The notes beneath the pieces were generated by a model. That model had not been told where the DNA came from and searched no databases. It saw only the letters and a list, made by a program, of their open reading frames with translations. Both the position numbers and the translations under genes were made by a program. From positions 186,001 through 250,000 of the forward strand of contig BDGG01000005.1 of NCBI GenBank assembly GCA_001949185.1: DNA of 64,000 bases, written 5' to 3'. This document shows positions 62,861-64,000 of the stretch, piece by piece (within the stretch, counting starts at the first letter, position 1; each line of letters begins with the position of its first letter). The DNA is from Ramazzottius varieornatus. Taxonomy: Eukaryota > Animalia > Tardigrada.

Positions 62861-64000
62861 ATGAATATCGGCATCGGTTTCCTGGTCCAAATTTCCATTC
62901 TTGCACAAATATTACTGGAAGCTGTCCGACTTGATGCCGCGTCCCTGTCTGCCGCTCTGGTAAAACGTTCCTTCCCATCAGCATGAAAATTATTTCCTCT
63001 CCCGCCAGTGCATTCTTATCGTCCATATACAGCAGTTCCAAATTAATTTTTTCTACTGTGTTACTGGGGGGGGGGGGATGTTCATTCTCATTCGGTATGA
63101 TCTTCCAGAAATATCTGCAAAAGTTCGGATATATCGACCATGGATCGGATGGGCAGTTTATGGCGGCGCAGCTTCACATGGACGACTTCATCAGCGCCAT
63201 CAAGAAGTTCCAGCGCTTCAGCGGTCTACAGGTCACAGGTACTTCTCAATTTTCTTTTACGTAATGTTGAGTTATCGCGGGATCCTTCGGCTATTAGGTA
63301 GTCAAGAACAATGGTCAGACTCTATTGAATGGTTTGCGCTGTTCATCAGACGCCAACTGCTGTGCTAACAATCAAGAGCAATGCACTTTGTTTGCTGATT
63401 GTCAGGTAGGCTGTAACTCCGTTCATTTCTGAAATGAGGCACAACAACGTCGTTCTGGACAAGATACGTCTTGACTCTTGAGGTACTCTCTTGACATCAG
63501 CCGTAATGATCCCAAGGTCAACACTGATCGATCGACCCATGACGCCACCGATGTTACAGCATAGAGCGGCCTTACCCTAAACTTTTGAATTCAACCGGAA
63601 GTCACGGAGACGAATTCCACTATACTGAATTTTTGCTGTTCCGAAGAACGGCCCAAAGAAATCTAGCTTTCAGGCTTCTGTCTCATCATGCTGTTACTTT
63701 CCAGGAAAAATGGACGCGACGACAGCCTTCAGGATGAAACAGCCGCGGTGCGGAAACCCTGATCCAGTTCACCGCGACCCGCACAGCAGAGCCTTCATCT
63801 TACAAGGTGAGCAACAGTGGCTCAGGTTTTCGTTGGATTAGACATCCGGAAGAGGAACTGAACTTTTCGGCGTTACAGGAAGTAAATGGGACAAGTTGGA
63901 CTTGACGTTTAAGATAGGACAGTATTCAAGGACCCTAAGCCGGAAAGCAGTCGATGAGATAATCGGAAAAGCGTTTTCTGTACGTTCGTCTCTGGATTTC
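62861..64000 (+). CDS. Matrix metalloproteinase (M10A), 5' part
   Basis: Signal MNIGIGFLVQISIL...|KYLQKFGYI...AIKKFQRFSGLQVTG|KMD...MKQPRCGNPD (cysteine switch)|SKWDKLDLTF. Confidence 0.93.

Noticed and set aside
63066-63077. G12 homopolymer in an MMP intron
   Set aside because: A simple repeat with no further supporting structure.

Overview
Eukaryotic genomic DNA from a very compact, gene-dense animal genome with many 55-120 nt GT-AG introns and short intergenic gaps. A tardigrade-like invertebrate is my inference, not something the sequence proves. About 19 protein-coding genes could be rebuilt by hand-splicing the ORF track: DPH4/DNAJC24 (partial), MRPL2, TMEM161, ALG11, NUP98-96, an orphan acidic protein, MRPS5, COX16, an IGFBP/FN3/VWC receptor (Sas-like), a PPxY membrane adaptor, a WH-double-PHD-SAM chromatin protein, a CYP4, LSM3, myotrophin, a lipocalin with a long disordered N-terminus, a secreted low-complexity orphan, UNC79, an EPB41L4A-like FERM protein, a small RVxF-bearing type I membrane protein and an MMP (partial). 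There is also a tRNA-Gly(TCC). The most striking unexplained structure is in the introns. Most of the longer introns I inspected (over about 100 nt) contain long fold-back stems. These come from two dispersed palindromic MITE-like families (about 10 and about 6 copies) and from unique inverted repeats, which suggests structured introns that keep the effective splice-site distance short. Exon boundaries were read by eye and some start codons are uncertain.
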